64,000 nucleotides of DNA from Psammoneis japonica (lineage: Eukaryota), in contig QPGO01000235.1 in the NCBI GenBank assembly GCA_008632985.1, positions 1 through 64,000 of the forward strand. The letters are read 5' to 3'. How positions within the stretch are numbered: the first letter of the stretch is position 1; each line of letters opens with the position of its first letter. Below are positions 34,860 to 47,070 of this stretch, piece after piece. Made by a program: the position numbers and the translations under genes. Under the pieces are notes generated by a model that did no database searches, had not been told where the DNA came from, and saw nothing but the letters and a program-made list of their open reading frames with translations.

Positions 34860-37306
34860 ATGGCTCACTCAAGCAGAAATGAATGCTTTCAGGTGCGGCG
34901 ACACCTGAAAAAGCTGCTGGAAATGTCTGAATTTCCTCCTGAGCACAAGAAGAAGTTCTGGTTGCCGCAACAGCTCCGAAAGGCTCTTGTTTCATGCGGT
35001 GTCGACCCCCGACTTACAGTTGCAGACTTCAGTGCGGTCCTTGGGAGCATGCACAGTGAAGGGCCAGTTGCTTGTGATTCTTGGCATGGAATCAACCACT
35101 TCTGCTTGGATTCGACCGCACATGATGCACCGAGATTTCAGAACCGGGCATCCACACCCGATGCCAACACAGAATTTCTGTTGCTCAACGCAGATTCGCG
35201 CGATGCTGCGAACATGATATTTGAAGAATTTGAAGTCCTCAATGGTGAGGAAAGCAACAAGGAGAACCAAGCTCCTCAAGCGAAATCCGGTGCGCTGCCA
35301 ATTGATTTTCACAGGCACATGCCGGATGGCACGCGGTGCGTTGAAACCCATGCATTGGGACTTCTGCCATTTTGGGCATTTGATCATCACAAGCATTGTA
35401 AATGCAAAAGGCACCTCTGTGCAAATGTCAAGCTGCTTAAATTCAAGAAGGATGGGTTCGGCTCTACAGACACTTGCTGCTGCAGTGTGTGCTGGGAGAA
35501 ACATGAGTTTCACACGGCTGAACATGTAAAAACTGCCACTGTGTCAGAAGGAAGGCATTTCTCGCGAACACAGTCTAGGCTCAATGTGTCTGTGCCAGCA
35601 AGCATCAAGTGTGCTGGACTCAACTCACTGCAAGCTGTTGAATTTCATGGCGAGGCTGGGATCATTGCCCCGACAACAAACAATCTGGGCAAAATGATGA
35701 AGAAAGTGCACACGGCACTGCTGCAGGAAATGGAAGATTCCACAATGGAAAATCGCAAGCAAGTGATCAAGGCAATGCAATCAAGTCCCGACTTTGATGA
35801 GGATCATGACACAATCAAATGGAAGGGTCCCAAGGGCGACGAGCAGCGCACTGCCAAGGTGTCGGCACAAATGGATGGATGCGGGACAACACGATCGTGC
35901 GGGAATCGCTTGACAGGGACCCAAAGTGCCGCTGGCTTGATTTCTAATGTGTTGGATTTGCTCATTGCAATTGGGGTTTCTTGCACGGCATGCATGAAAT
36001 GTTGCCGTGCAATGCATGAAGCATTGAGGAAGGGAGAGAGAGATCTGTCATTGTTTGTTTTGGAAAGCACGACGGTGAGTGTACGAGCAATTCCATGAAT
36101 GCACCAGTGGTTGCTGAGGAGCACATGCTAGAGGAATTTGGAAAATCTTTGCTCCTTGGTGAGGATGGAACACACTTGGGAGATTCTCTCGCCATGCACT
36201 TGTGCCTCACCACCAGCGATGGCGACTCAAAAGGCGACAATCGATTGTGGCAAAAACAAATTGAAATCATGGGGCCGGAAGCCATTGGCAAATCAGAAAA
36301 GTTTCCGTGCTGCACTCATGTGTCAAAGAACTTTTCAAAATCACTGTTCGCAGCAAAGAAACAGGACAAAAGTTTAGATGGTGTCGACGGTCTGGAAAAT
36401 TCTCGCATTGCAGCGGTGACACATGACATCAAGCAGTGCTTGAAAGAATTAAAAAAGGTGTCATGGGACAAAAACAGGAAACCGACCAACCAGCAAATTT
36501 TGATTGTGGAAAAGAAGATTCTCAATGTTTTCCCACACCACGTTGGAGATCACTTGGGTTGCACCGACCCAGACTGCTGCGGCTTTGTTTGAATTAAACT
36601 GGAACGCGGACACGCCTTAAACGACAAACTGAGCAAAGACGAGATCGAGTCACTGCTGGAGGAAATGGTGGAGAAGCAACACAGTCGCTTTGATTGTCAT
36701 CTGGAGCTCAACAAGCAAGGGCTCCTCCGTGTGATGCATGAAGTGACACTGAGATTTAACAAGAAAAGTGTGCCCAAGCTGTCTAAGGCGTTGACTGCCT
36801 GCCAAGTCAAGTCTTTGTGGTCAATGGTGACAAAGTGCTCACAGGGAAAGGGGCTGAATCAGAGCCACTCAAGACTCTGGGAAATTGGCGTTGGTCTTGC
36901 TGTGCTTTCTAAATCCAACCCAACCGAGCACATTAGAACACTCTTTGAGGATCTTGGTTTGGCTGAATGTGGAGTTCAGGCAAAGTTTCGGAAATGGCGT
37001 GATCACATGCGATGGAAGCAAAGAGCGTCAAAGCAGTCGGCCAAGTGCAAATTGACAAAGAGTCATTCTAAGCAGGTGAAGAAAGCAATGGGAAGAAAAC
37101 CCAAAACGGACTGCTTGTACAAACCGGAGAAGGTTGCACCCGGAGAAGATGTCGACATCACTGCAAAAAAGCGAGCACGACCATGCGCCATTTGCTCGGG
37201 GACAGATCATGCCGCTGGCAAATGCAATTTGCCTAAAAAGCGCAAGTTTGATGAGTTCGCTGGTGGTTCCGTCTGGTTTGAAGCTGCCGACGAGGATAAA
37301 TTCTAA
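34860..37306 (+). pseudogene. Kolobok/Mutator-like DDE transposase, degenerate
   Basis: VSAQMDGCGTTRS, CMKC, SDGDSKG, CCTHVSKN, HHVGDHLGC, QVKS (for QVES) and a C-terminal CAIC..H..C knuckle. Frameshift near 36060 and in-frame TGA at 36590. Confidence 0.75.
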
Positions 37307-37374
37307 ACTGCCAGCAGAGAACTTTGCCAGCAATTTGATTGCTTGTGCACCATCGCAATGTCAACGACGTGTCA

Positions 37375-38547
37375 TCAACAACGTCCATGGGATTCTTGGA
37401 ATTCTACATGAGGCTTGTCTGCTTTGTTTGGCCATGAAATGCGAGTGGTGCAAACGAGGCATTCTGGCAACTCCTTTCGGTTGCCGGCGCCCTTTACGAA
37501 GTAAAGATTGGTTGCAAACCAACAATGCAATAGATTGCGTCTTCGTGGATTGTCCATTTTTGCCACTTCACGGTCTACAAAATGGCAATGCTCTGCAAAG
37601 GACTCGAGCAACTCTTCCGACTTGATTTTTGATTCGCACTGCTCGGCCAGACAAAAGTGAAAGCATTGGCCATGCCGAGAACACAGCCTGTGGTTTCGAT
37701 GGCACAGCTTGTCACTCCCCAGCGGAAGCTTTTGCATGTTGGTGTTTTTCTGGAAGTCAATGATCCGTTCATGGAACTTGGTGGCAGGGTTTGAAAGAGC
37801 CTTGACCACTTCAGCATCGAGTTGGGCCACCGACTCTTCGTCCGCCGGCGCTGCTGGAAACGAGGCAATCGACGACATCAGCTCCACATCACAACTTTTG
37901 TTGACAAGCGGGTGGCACAGAAACTCATGCTGCACTGTTGCAATTCCCAATCTTGAGGGAGAAGTGCCACTCTCTGTAGAATCCTTGCATGACGTTGGTG
38001 TGAAGCTTTTCAGACGGATGATCGGTTGTCCACCCGTCAGCTGAACTTTGACAGAGTGCAATGAGTTGCCAACAGGTGCGCCAAGGCAAACGCTGGTGCC
38101 TCCATCCCACAGCAACAGACGCGCCCTCTTAACCTGCTGACAATTCTTGCTGCACCCAGAAACTTCAAATTGGATGTCACACGATAATGCACACACTGCC
38201 GGAGCCTCAAACTCATCGCCAATGACCGATTCTGACAGCAGCGACTGAAAGAAGCCCTCTGACAATTTCGGCATTGACAGGAGAGTTGGAGCAGGATCTT
38301 GGGAATCCACTGATGGTGAATCTGAATTGGCCATCAGAAAATCTGCCTCATGGGACTTGGTGCATGCAACAAAGCTGCGCAGGTCTCTGCAATGTGCAGA
38401 AACCCAGAAGCTCTTGTCAATCTTGGCCTTGCACAAGAAATCTGAAATGTCCTTGAGTCCCTTCTTTTTAATCTTATCTCGAGTTCTCTTCTGCTTTTCA
38501 TCTTGAGATTTGGGCTTGCGCCACTTTGGTGCCTTGGGTTCTGGCAT
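37375..38547 (-). pseudogene. KolX-like accessory protein with a P2X7-ballast-like C-terminus, hypermutated
   Basis: NPRRRNLLHCWFATNLYFVKGAGNRKELPECLVCTTRISWP fits the N-R-Y...G-R-LP-C-V-IR-P pattern if His/Cys are read as former Tyr. Confidence 0.6.
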
Positions 38548-38855
38548 GAGAGACACAAATGAAGAACAGTCGTGAGTGATGACGACGCTGTTGGTGCAAA
38601 CCAGAATTGCTCAAAAACCCGCAGATGAGTCCTCCAACTTTTCACATGAATGAATGCACAAGAGGATTCGACAAGATTGTGCAACAAAAGTTGGAGGCAG
38701 GCACATGTGCACTGCACTTGCTTTCACCGCCGGAAGGCGCCATTGTTGTCATGCTGCAAGTGCGGCGAAAAAAAAATCTGCGGCGAAATTGCGAGTGTCT
38801 GTGGTCAAAAATCGAGCCAAAAAAATGAAGGAGTTCCCACCCTTGAGGGCATTGA

Positions 38856-39353
38856 CCCTTCAACCACCAGCCTTGAGCAAATTTCCACGGGTGGAGATTT
38901 GCTCGCTTACGTCACAAACACAGCAAATGGAGCAATTTCAGATGTGAACAATGTTTGATTCGCGCGATTTTGTTTTGGAGCGCGCATTCGCCGAAAATCT
39001 GGGGGGACCCTTTTTGCAATTTAGAAAGTTCAATGCAGACTTTTAACACCGGGTTTTTTGCAAGCTTCATCCAAGAAGAGAGAGGAACTAACTCTCACCC
39101 CTAAAGAATGAAGATTGTCATGAATTGCTGTCACAAACAGAGCGACAATGCCACCCCCTTGGAGCAAATCTCCACCGGTGGAGATTTGCTCCCAACAAGC
39201 AAATGCACGTGGCATGCTTTACGCAGATCGTAGCTGATTTGACATTTTAACATCATTTTAATTTCATTGTTACAAAGGTGCACGACACGTCACCCATCCT
39301 CAAGCAGAGCAAATCTCCACCCGTGGAGATTTGCTCCCCTGGTGGTTGAAGGG
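38856..39353 (+). mobile_element. piggyBac-type non-autonomous element (MITE), complete
   Basis: 15-bp TIR CCCTTCAACCACCAG/CTGGTGGTTGAAGGG, flanked by TTGA (38852-38855) and TTAA (39354-39357). Three GAGCAAATCTCCAC palindromes inside. Confidence 0.9.
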
Positions 39354-39441
39354 TTAAATTGCTTCGATGAACAAGACAGGTCGAGCCCTGGACGTCGAAC
39401 AAGAACACCATGACTGCATGATGATTCGAATCAACAACTGA

Positions 39442-42132
39442 AGACCTGGACATTTAAAAAACGGGGGACAGCACGGCGCTGCGCGAAAAATTGAAAAACA
39501 CACACAAAACATCAGAAGATCTGACATCAAGCGGTTGCGAGAAAGGCAGTTGAAAAGGTTGTAAGAGACAACAAGACAGTGCAAAACAACTCCTTCATTG
39601 TCAGCACAAAGAAGCAGTTGTTGACATCACATGTTCACATTGAAGGATTGTGCACAAAACCAGCTTGGAACCCAAAGTTTCGACTCGATCATCTGTCAAG
39701 CAATCACATTTGACAATGCAATTCCACCCACTGCTGTTCTACATTGTCTTTGAAAATTCTTTCACTGGTTTGAAATTGACCACTTCTAAGTGTCTGTTGT
39801 GCTCCAGCACTTCCAGCAGTGTGTCTTTGTGATCGCACTTCCATTGCAGAGGATTCAACAGCCTCGATGGCCAGCACCGGCAGTGCACAGGCTCCAACCA
39901 CCACCAGCGCAAGTGACATGCAGGCTCCCACCACCACCAGTGCTGCAGCAGCAGTGCACAGGCACCTGCTGCCACCAATGCCAGTGGCGTGAGGCTCCAA
40001 CCATCTCCAGTGCCTGTGCCGGCATCCCACCGCCACCAGTGCTGCCGGCAGTGGCAACCAGGCTCCCACTGTCACCAGTGCTCCACTCGGAGCAGCAAAA
40101 AAGCCCCAACCACCACCAGTGCCAGCAGCACACAGAGGCACCCACTGCCACCAGACAAAAAGGCTCCAACCGCTTTGATTGCTGGTGGCAGCCTGCACGC
40201 GCTCCAACCACCTCGACCAGTGCCAGCCAGTGGCTGTGCAGGTTCCCACCGCCACAAGTGCCAGTCGCAACCAGGCTCCCACTGTCACCAGTGCCAGTGG
40301 CAGAAACTCTCCAACCACCACTGCCAGTGCCAGCAGCAGACAAAGACAAAAAGGCTGCGACCGCCTTGATTGCTGGCAGCAGCCTGCACACGCTCCAACC
40401 GACTCGACCAGTGCTGGCAGCTGCAAAGGCACCCACCGCCACCAGTGCTGGCAGCAACCAGGGTCTGTTGCAACCAGTGCCAGTGGCAGAAACGCTCCAA
40501 CCAACCACCACTGGTGCCAACAGCAGACAAAGACAAAAAGGCTGCAACCGCCTCGACAGCTGGCAGTGGCCTGCACACGCTCCAACCGACTCGACCAGTG
40601 CCAGCAGCTGCAAAGGCACCCACCGCCACCAGTGCCAGCAGCAACCAGGGTCCATTGCAACCAGCGCCAGTGGCAGAAACGCTCCAAGCAACCACCACCA
40701 GTGCCAGCAGCAGACAAAGACAAAAAGGCTACAACCGCCTCAATGGCTGGCAGCGGCCCACACACGCTCCAACCGACTCGACCAGTGCCAGCAGCTGCAA
40801 AGGTGCCCACCGCCACCAGTGCTGGCAGCAACCAGGTTCCCATTGCCACCAGTGCTGGCAGCAGAAACACTCCAACCACCACCAGTGCCAGCAGCAGACA
40901 AAGACAAAAAGGCTCCAACCACCTTGACAGCTGGCAGCAGCCTGCACACGCTCCAACCAACTCGACCAGTGCCAGCAGCTGCAAAGGCACCCACCGCCAC
41001 CAGTGGTGCCAGCAGCAACCATGTTCCCATTGCCACCAGTGCCAGCAGCAGAAACACTCCAACCACCACCAGTGCCAGCAGCAGACAAAGACAAAAAGGC
41101 TCCAACCGCCTCGATGGCTGGCAGTGGCCCACACACGCTCCAACCGACTCGACCAGTGCTGTCCGCTGCAAAGGTTCCCACCGCCACCAGTGCCAGCAGC
41201 AACCAGGCTCCCATTGCCACCAGTGCCAGCAGCAGAAACGCTCCAACCACCACCAGTGCAAGCAGCAGACAAAGACAAAAAGGCTCCAACCGCCTTGATT
41301 GCTGGCAGCAGCCTGCACACACTCCAGCCGACTCGACCAGTGCTGGCCGCTGCAAAGGTTCCCACCGACACAAGTGCCAGCAGCAACCAGGCTCCCATTG
41401 CCACCAGTGCTGGCAGCAGAAACGCTCCAACCACCACTGGTGCCAGCAGCAGACAAAGACAAAAAGGCTCCAACCGCCTCGATTGCTGGCGGCTCCAACC
41501 TTTCAAGTCACAAGCCACTTTTTGTCCTTGTTCTCCATGCGGGCAGAGGCACCACAATGCCAACCACGGATTTTAACAATTCTTCACGTGTGCGCCTGTG
41601 CCGTTTTGATTGATGATGAGGACAACTCACACGAAACGTGATGGGAGCTTTGTCACACTGACCGGCACCGTCACCATCACGCATGCCTGCAGCCATTCAT
41701 GCCAAGTGCTGTGCCGTCCACAAATCCATCCGCTGCACCGACTGCACACCATCTCCCAATGGCATGGGTCCACTGACAAGATTGACATATTTCCGAGACA
41801 AGCCAATTGGCGTCAACGTACAAACGCAGCGTCTCTCTATCCTCCATCATGCACCGTCGCTCTGTGCCGCAAAACGGCGCATGCTGCAAGTCATCAAACG
41901 ATGTTCCATCCTTCTCGAGAAGGTGACACACCAGTGATCAGCAGCCTTTTATGCCCATAGTGGATTAAATGGGGTTCTGATGTGTCATGCAGCAACAATG
42001 TCAACACAGACCACCGGTGTGAGACGGACGCAAGAAACTGACGGTCATGGTGACGGTTGGTTTTTTTTAATCGGAATTTAGTGATTTCTGTGCGCGTGCG
42101 CGCTGTCCCCCGTTTTTTAAATGTCCAGGTCT
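39442..42132. mobile_element. Non-autonomous TIR element carrying a tandem array
   Basis: Perfect 31-bp inverted repeat AGACCTGGACATTTAAAAAACGGGGGACAGC at 39442-39472 and 42102-42132. No clear TSD. Confidence 0.8.
40150..41500. repeat. Tandem array of 184/187-bp units (about 7.5 copies) built from CCACCAGTGCCAGCAGC sub-repeats
   Basis: Marker AGACAAAGACAAAAAGGCT at 40338, 40525, 40712, 40896, 41083, 41267 and 41451. Confidence 0.92.
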
Positions 42133-42976
42133 CCATTTCGGAAACGCAAGTCGAAACTCCGAACCGCGACCCACCCGCGACCTTACGAATCAAGCACGAA
42201 TCAGCCGCGTACAGTAGTCGTACTTACAGTAGAACGTGCTTTCGCAGTACGCACGGTACATTTTCTGCATCTGATTGACATCCACGACTCACTTCAAATC
42301 TTCTATTTAAGGTATGCGCAGAACGAGCGCACAGCAGCGCAATGTCAGACAGACGACAGTCGTGCATTTTTTGCGATTTGTGCGACAAATTGCCGTCGAC
42401 GCCGACGATGACGATGACACTTTTCAGACGCTCTTGGAGGACGACTCTGCAATAGGCACTTAACGTATTAATCAATAACACTATTACGAACATGTATACG
42501 TCAAGAAAGTCCCCCGGACGAACTCTTAATCGTTCCATAATCGAATGCATCAAACGATGGTCGAAAAATTGAGCTCGGTTTTGGTATGACGTTTTGCTTT
42601 CGAACGGAGGCTTCTCCCGGGGACTTTCATGACTGAATACGTTCTTAAACTTAATAAACTAAATGTCTATAACACCCAAACAGTCGAGGACACGTCGCTG
42701 TTATCGCTGTCGTTACGACAACGCACCATCGTCATGTCGCCGATTTTTAGCGATGATGCGTGTAGCGCGCACGAAGTTTCCAGTACAAAAAAAAATCAGA
42801 AAGTCGAATCGTCTTGTCATCTCGCGCGCGGTTCTGCGATTGCCTTAAAAAAACACGCAACAGTACTAACGAAAATGAAAGACTGCGACGGGAATGAGCA
42901 CATTTCCAAATCCAAGAATAGAAAGAAAAGCCTTATAATACAACACGTAACTATAGCAACCAATAAAAACCGCATC

Positions 42977-44106
42977 ATGTCCCCCGACCCCAACAATCGA
43001 TTCATATCTTGGTGCGCCTTGGCCGTCTCTTCTTCGGTATGTTTTCATGTTTCGCCGTTGGCGCGCGGATCATGCCTTTTTGATTTAGTGTCACTGCAAA
43101 CGTTGTGTCTCAATCTTTTGCAACATCAATTGGTTTGTCAATTCTGAATCATTTTGTGCTTCCTTGTTTCATTAAAGGTCGCCTTGATTGCACACACGAC
43201 AACCGACTACGACTATGTCGATTCCGACATGGAGGGTCATGGTTCGTCCCACAGGTGGGTCACCTCCGTGTGCGCCATTTCCTTGGGTATATCCGTATGT
43301 ACCATTATGATGCATTTTGTTACCTCGTTAAACTTTGTCGGAGGACTCGGAGAACGCGTTGTGGCGTTATTTCTTGTAATAATTTTGGCCGCCGGGCTTC
43401 CCGTGATTATAAACCCCGACAACGATATCGCCGTGAACGATTTCGGGATCCGCAACGACGATCTCTACTTCTCGTCATGGGCTGCCTTTAGTACAGCTTT
43501 CTACATTGCCACAAGTCTTGTGGCGAAGGCTGTGGTGGGTGTCTCGACGGTTCCGAGAAAGACCTGGCTGTGGTTGACGCTCTTTGTGGCGTCTGTGGTT
43601 GTTATGGTGAACAGCTCAAGAGACTTCAATATCTTTTGTTGTGACGGCTGCAATTCCAACGAGTGCGAGCGGATTGTATTTGCCGTTAGCCTTGGAGCAG
43701 TCGGAACCGTGTTTGCCTTGGCCATGTCTCTGTTGACGTTGAAGGACAGAATAGACCTATAATCGGCGAGTCTATAATGTCGGCATTGCTCCTCGCCATG
43801 TACAGCTTTGGTGGCGGTTACTTGGTAGTGCCATGGCTTGGAAATTTGTATTTTGCGACTTGGGGCGGCTTTATTGCGGCCATGCTTTTGACAGCTGGTT
43901 GCATCGAGCAGCACTTTTTTGCAGACGACATTGATGAGAATACGGGTACGTGACTTTTTTTGTGTTCTCGATGCTTTTCTCCAAGTGTACGCCTCTACTT
44001 ACAATGTGTTTCGTGCGCTTTTGAACGATTGATTCTTAGCTCCCCTGAAAACCCACCCGGAATCGCAGCAAGTGCAGTAGGCCTAGACTATATCCCCAAG
44101 GTCTAA
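42977..44106 (+). pseudogene. Multipass membrane protein paralogue 3, probably disabled
   Basis: Same exon layout as paralogue 2, but with a frameshift/stop near 43760, a deletion in the last loop and an early TAG in the last exon. Confidence 0.7.
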
Positions 44107-44699
44107 GACAATGGAAACTGCTGTACGATATTCAAATGCATCGGTTGGTAGATTCACCACTAGCTTTCGCCCCCCCCCCCCCTGCCTACACGATACATCA
44201 AGTTCACAAACTTTAATCTACATAAAGTACGAGTTCATATCTTGGTAGCTTTCGTGTCCCCCATTTACATTATTCCCCCCAGAGTAGCCTTAAAAAAGTA
44301 CACCGTTACGGATCGATAGAGCGTAATGAGTGGTAGTTTAGTGGTGTCTTCTGGCTCGACGTGGTCGAAATCACATTGGTTGCGCCGCAAACTAGCGTCC
44401 ATTGCCCCGTTGTACTACCGTGTACAATTCCCGACTCTTGACAATGATCATTCGCGGTCGTTGATCAAACTGATTCACAAGTAGCTTTCGTGTCCCTCTA
44501 CCGGTAGACACGCTACATGTTCACAACTCTAACCTACATGAAGTACGAGTTCATATATCGGTAGCTTTCGTGTCCTCCATTTATTTACCCCACTGAAGCG
44601 TAAAAGTACACAGTTACGGCTTGATCAAGCAAGGAGTGGCGGCTTAGTGCTGTCTGCTGGACACGGTAGAAATCACATTGGCTCCGCCGCACACTCGCG

Positions 44700-45990
44700 T
44701 CAATTGTCCAGTTGTACCTCCGCGTACAATTCCCGACTCTTGACAATGATCAATCGCGGTCGTTGATGAAACTGCATAATATTTTCGAGACTTCTTGCTA
44801 CGGAAAGCAAGTCTCGATTGCCACCAATGTCCGTTGCAACGACTTCCGGGAACTTACCAAGGAGTCTAACGCAAGTATCAAAGAGCTTGTCGGGTTCAGA
44901 CAAAATGTCCTCGATTGCAAACCGGCAGTTTGGGCAATGCTATCCCTCCTTTGAACGCTTTTAACTAGTCCTTTTACCACCACTTTGCCTTTATCACCAT
45001 TCTCCGTACGCACGATGCACAGGCTTGTAATCCGCTCTGTTGAAGACAACAGTCTAAGCCACCCCATCCTGGATCTCGCGCACGAGCGCTCCCAAGTCGT
45101 TTTCATATTTGTCGGTGTCTAAAAGTTGAATATCAATCTTAAGCTCTTGTGCGGCAAGACCAGAAAGACGTTCGCATAAAATCCATGTGCCTCAAAGAAC
45201 GCTGCGCGTGAGTTGTCATCCTTGCTCCGCTTTCCAAGACTTTGTAAAAGCTTCTTTCCCATTGCCACAGATGCTTTCTGACTAGCGCAGATGGCTGAAA
45301 GTGAAGCTTTAATGCCGACCTCCTCTTCCACAAACAAGACGTCAAATGTGTCGGGAAGATGGTGCTCTCCATTCGAACCTGGAGGGGTGTGGTCAACGAT
45401 TTCATAGACCGCTTCCAAGACAGCATCGACTGATCTATCCATCATTTTCACAACATCCGCATTGTTCGATTGCAAGGTAGACTGCAAGACGTTACGGTCC
45501 TTCTGACAAATCCACAATCATTGTCTGCTTCCAATTCCTTGGCGTTGAGGACAACATCCTTCACCAATTGAAAATTGCCACCTTGCCTGCACAGCTGCAC
45601 CACGAGACGGCAGAGAGCCGGCAGTGCCTCCTTCTGTGAAACAAAAGCTTCCCATGAAATGGACAACACCTGGCTCCACTAGGATGCGTTAAATGAGATT
45701 TCCTGAGCACCTTCAACACCCCCGATGGCAAGCTGCTCCCAAACACGAAACAGCAAGACTTGATCAATGACAACGTCGCCGCCAGCGAGTGGCAATTCGA
45801 GCATCCCTCGAAGCCGATGGACATCTTGTCGTGCTCCGCAAGGGAATCAAAGCTTTTGTTAAACTTCATGTCGGGCACTGTGTCGGTTGGCCGTCTGCCG
45901 AGGAGCTTCCACCAGCGTGGGGGGGCTGGTGACATTGGCGAATCATTGGCCGCATTGCATGAGGCTCTGTGACGTCTTCTCTGCAAGCAA
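44700..45990 (-). pseudogene. Frameshifted unknown gene relic; 5' part hypermutated
   Basis: Consecutive minus-strand ORF pieces (45448-45669, 45119-45517, 44700-44903). The 3' end is locally duplicated at about 44150-44470 and about 44480-44770. Confidence 0.5.
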
Positions 45991-46329
45991 ACGGATCAAG
46001 CAGTGGAGGCCAATTTTGCATCCACAAGGAGCAAGAGTGACAACACGATCCTCCCATTGCTCCTCACTGCATTCGATGCATGCAATCGACGTTCACACTT
46101 GTCTGGGTTGTTGGGGCAAGCCGCTGGAGTGCGGCTTGGATTGGGTGGAGGGAAGAGGATGCATTTCACCTCATCCAACGGAAGTTTCGAAATTTGAATT
46201 TGGCATGTTTTAAAATAGAAGATTGGGGAAGCCCATGTAGAGCGGAAGGTGACAGCAGAGGGAGGCACGGAGGCAGCTGTAGAGACGGTAGAGTAAAAGG
46301 GTCGAAGGACGCAAGACGAAGGGCGTTTT

Positions 46330-46802
46330 GTGGAAGGCATGGGTGAGGAGGGGGCAGGGAGAGAGGAGGTGAATCGGAGGATGTGCATAGAAAGGTGAAG
46401 AACAACGTTGCAGCCAAGAGTTTGGGTGGCCCACTGGGATGGGGTGGCTGCACGGCAGGTGCTTCCAAAGCGATCGGCGGACAGGCGACGCCATGCGGAG
46501 TCAGCAGAGGGAAGGATTGCAGATGGAGACGACAAAGCGTAGAGGAAGGCGGAGCAGGAGGCATCGTGGAAGGTGTGGGTGAGGAGGGGGCAGGGAGAGA
46601 GGAGGTGAATCGGAGGATGTGCGTAGAAAGGTGAAGAACAACATTGCAGCCAAGAGTTTGGGTGGCCCACTGGGATGGGGTGGCTGTACGGCAGGTGCTT
46701 CCAAAGCGATCGGCGGACAGGCGACGCCATGCGGAGTCAGCAGAGGGAAGGATTGCAGACGGAGACGACAAAGCGTAGAGGAAGGCGGAGCAGGAGGCAT
46801 CG
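46330..46802. repeat. Two tandem 236-bp units
   Basis: Units start at about 46331 and 46567 and differ at only five sites. Confidence 0.92.
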
Positions 46803-46946
46803 GAGTGTACGCAGCTTTCTACAGGGTGTCTGTGCAAGTTGAAGTTAGACTGCGCTGGTGCCGAAATCAAAAAGCGTTCGATGGACAGACCATTTGACAG
46901 GTGCATCATTGATTTGATTGATTGGCTGCATCACACCTGTGAGACC

Positions 46947-47070
46947 AGCCGGACTGGACCCGGTCCAGTCCGGCTCCGGACCGGGCCGGTGACGTGGCAC
47001 ACAAGTAATTTTGTATAAAACAATCAGTTGTTTTACAAGATTTGTGTAAATAATTTCAGTTATTTTGCAA
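46947..47070. repeat. Inverted-repeat cluster upstream of the Crypton gene
   Basis: Perfect 14-bp arms AGCCGGACTGGACC-C-GGTCCAGTCCGGCT (46947-46975), then TAAAACAA-tcag-TTGTTTTA and AAATAA-tttcag-TTATTT. Confidence 0.75.

Larger units (their letters stand above)
34616..38842. mobile_element. Kolobok-like DNA transposon with convergent transposase and KolX-like gene; ends tentative
   Basis: Two-gene convergent layout. Candidate ends are TTAA|GG at 34612-34617 and CC|TTGA at 38841-38846, but TIR similarity is weak. Confidence 0.65.

Noticed and set aside
36590..36592. TGA readthrough or selenocysteine in TE ORFs (also 62369)
   Set aside because: More simply CGA->TGA transitions in decayed elements.
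40150..41500. CRISPR-like array
   Set aside because: Whole units are repeated with no unique spacers, there are no cas genes, and the context is eukaryotic.
39704..41641. Long overlapping ORFs (619, 502 and 465 aa) in several frames
   Set aside because: They lie in a tandem array whose unit is not a multiple of 3, and are open only because TAA/TAG cannot occur without TA.
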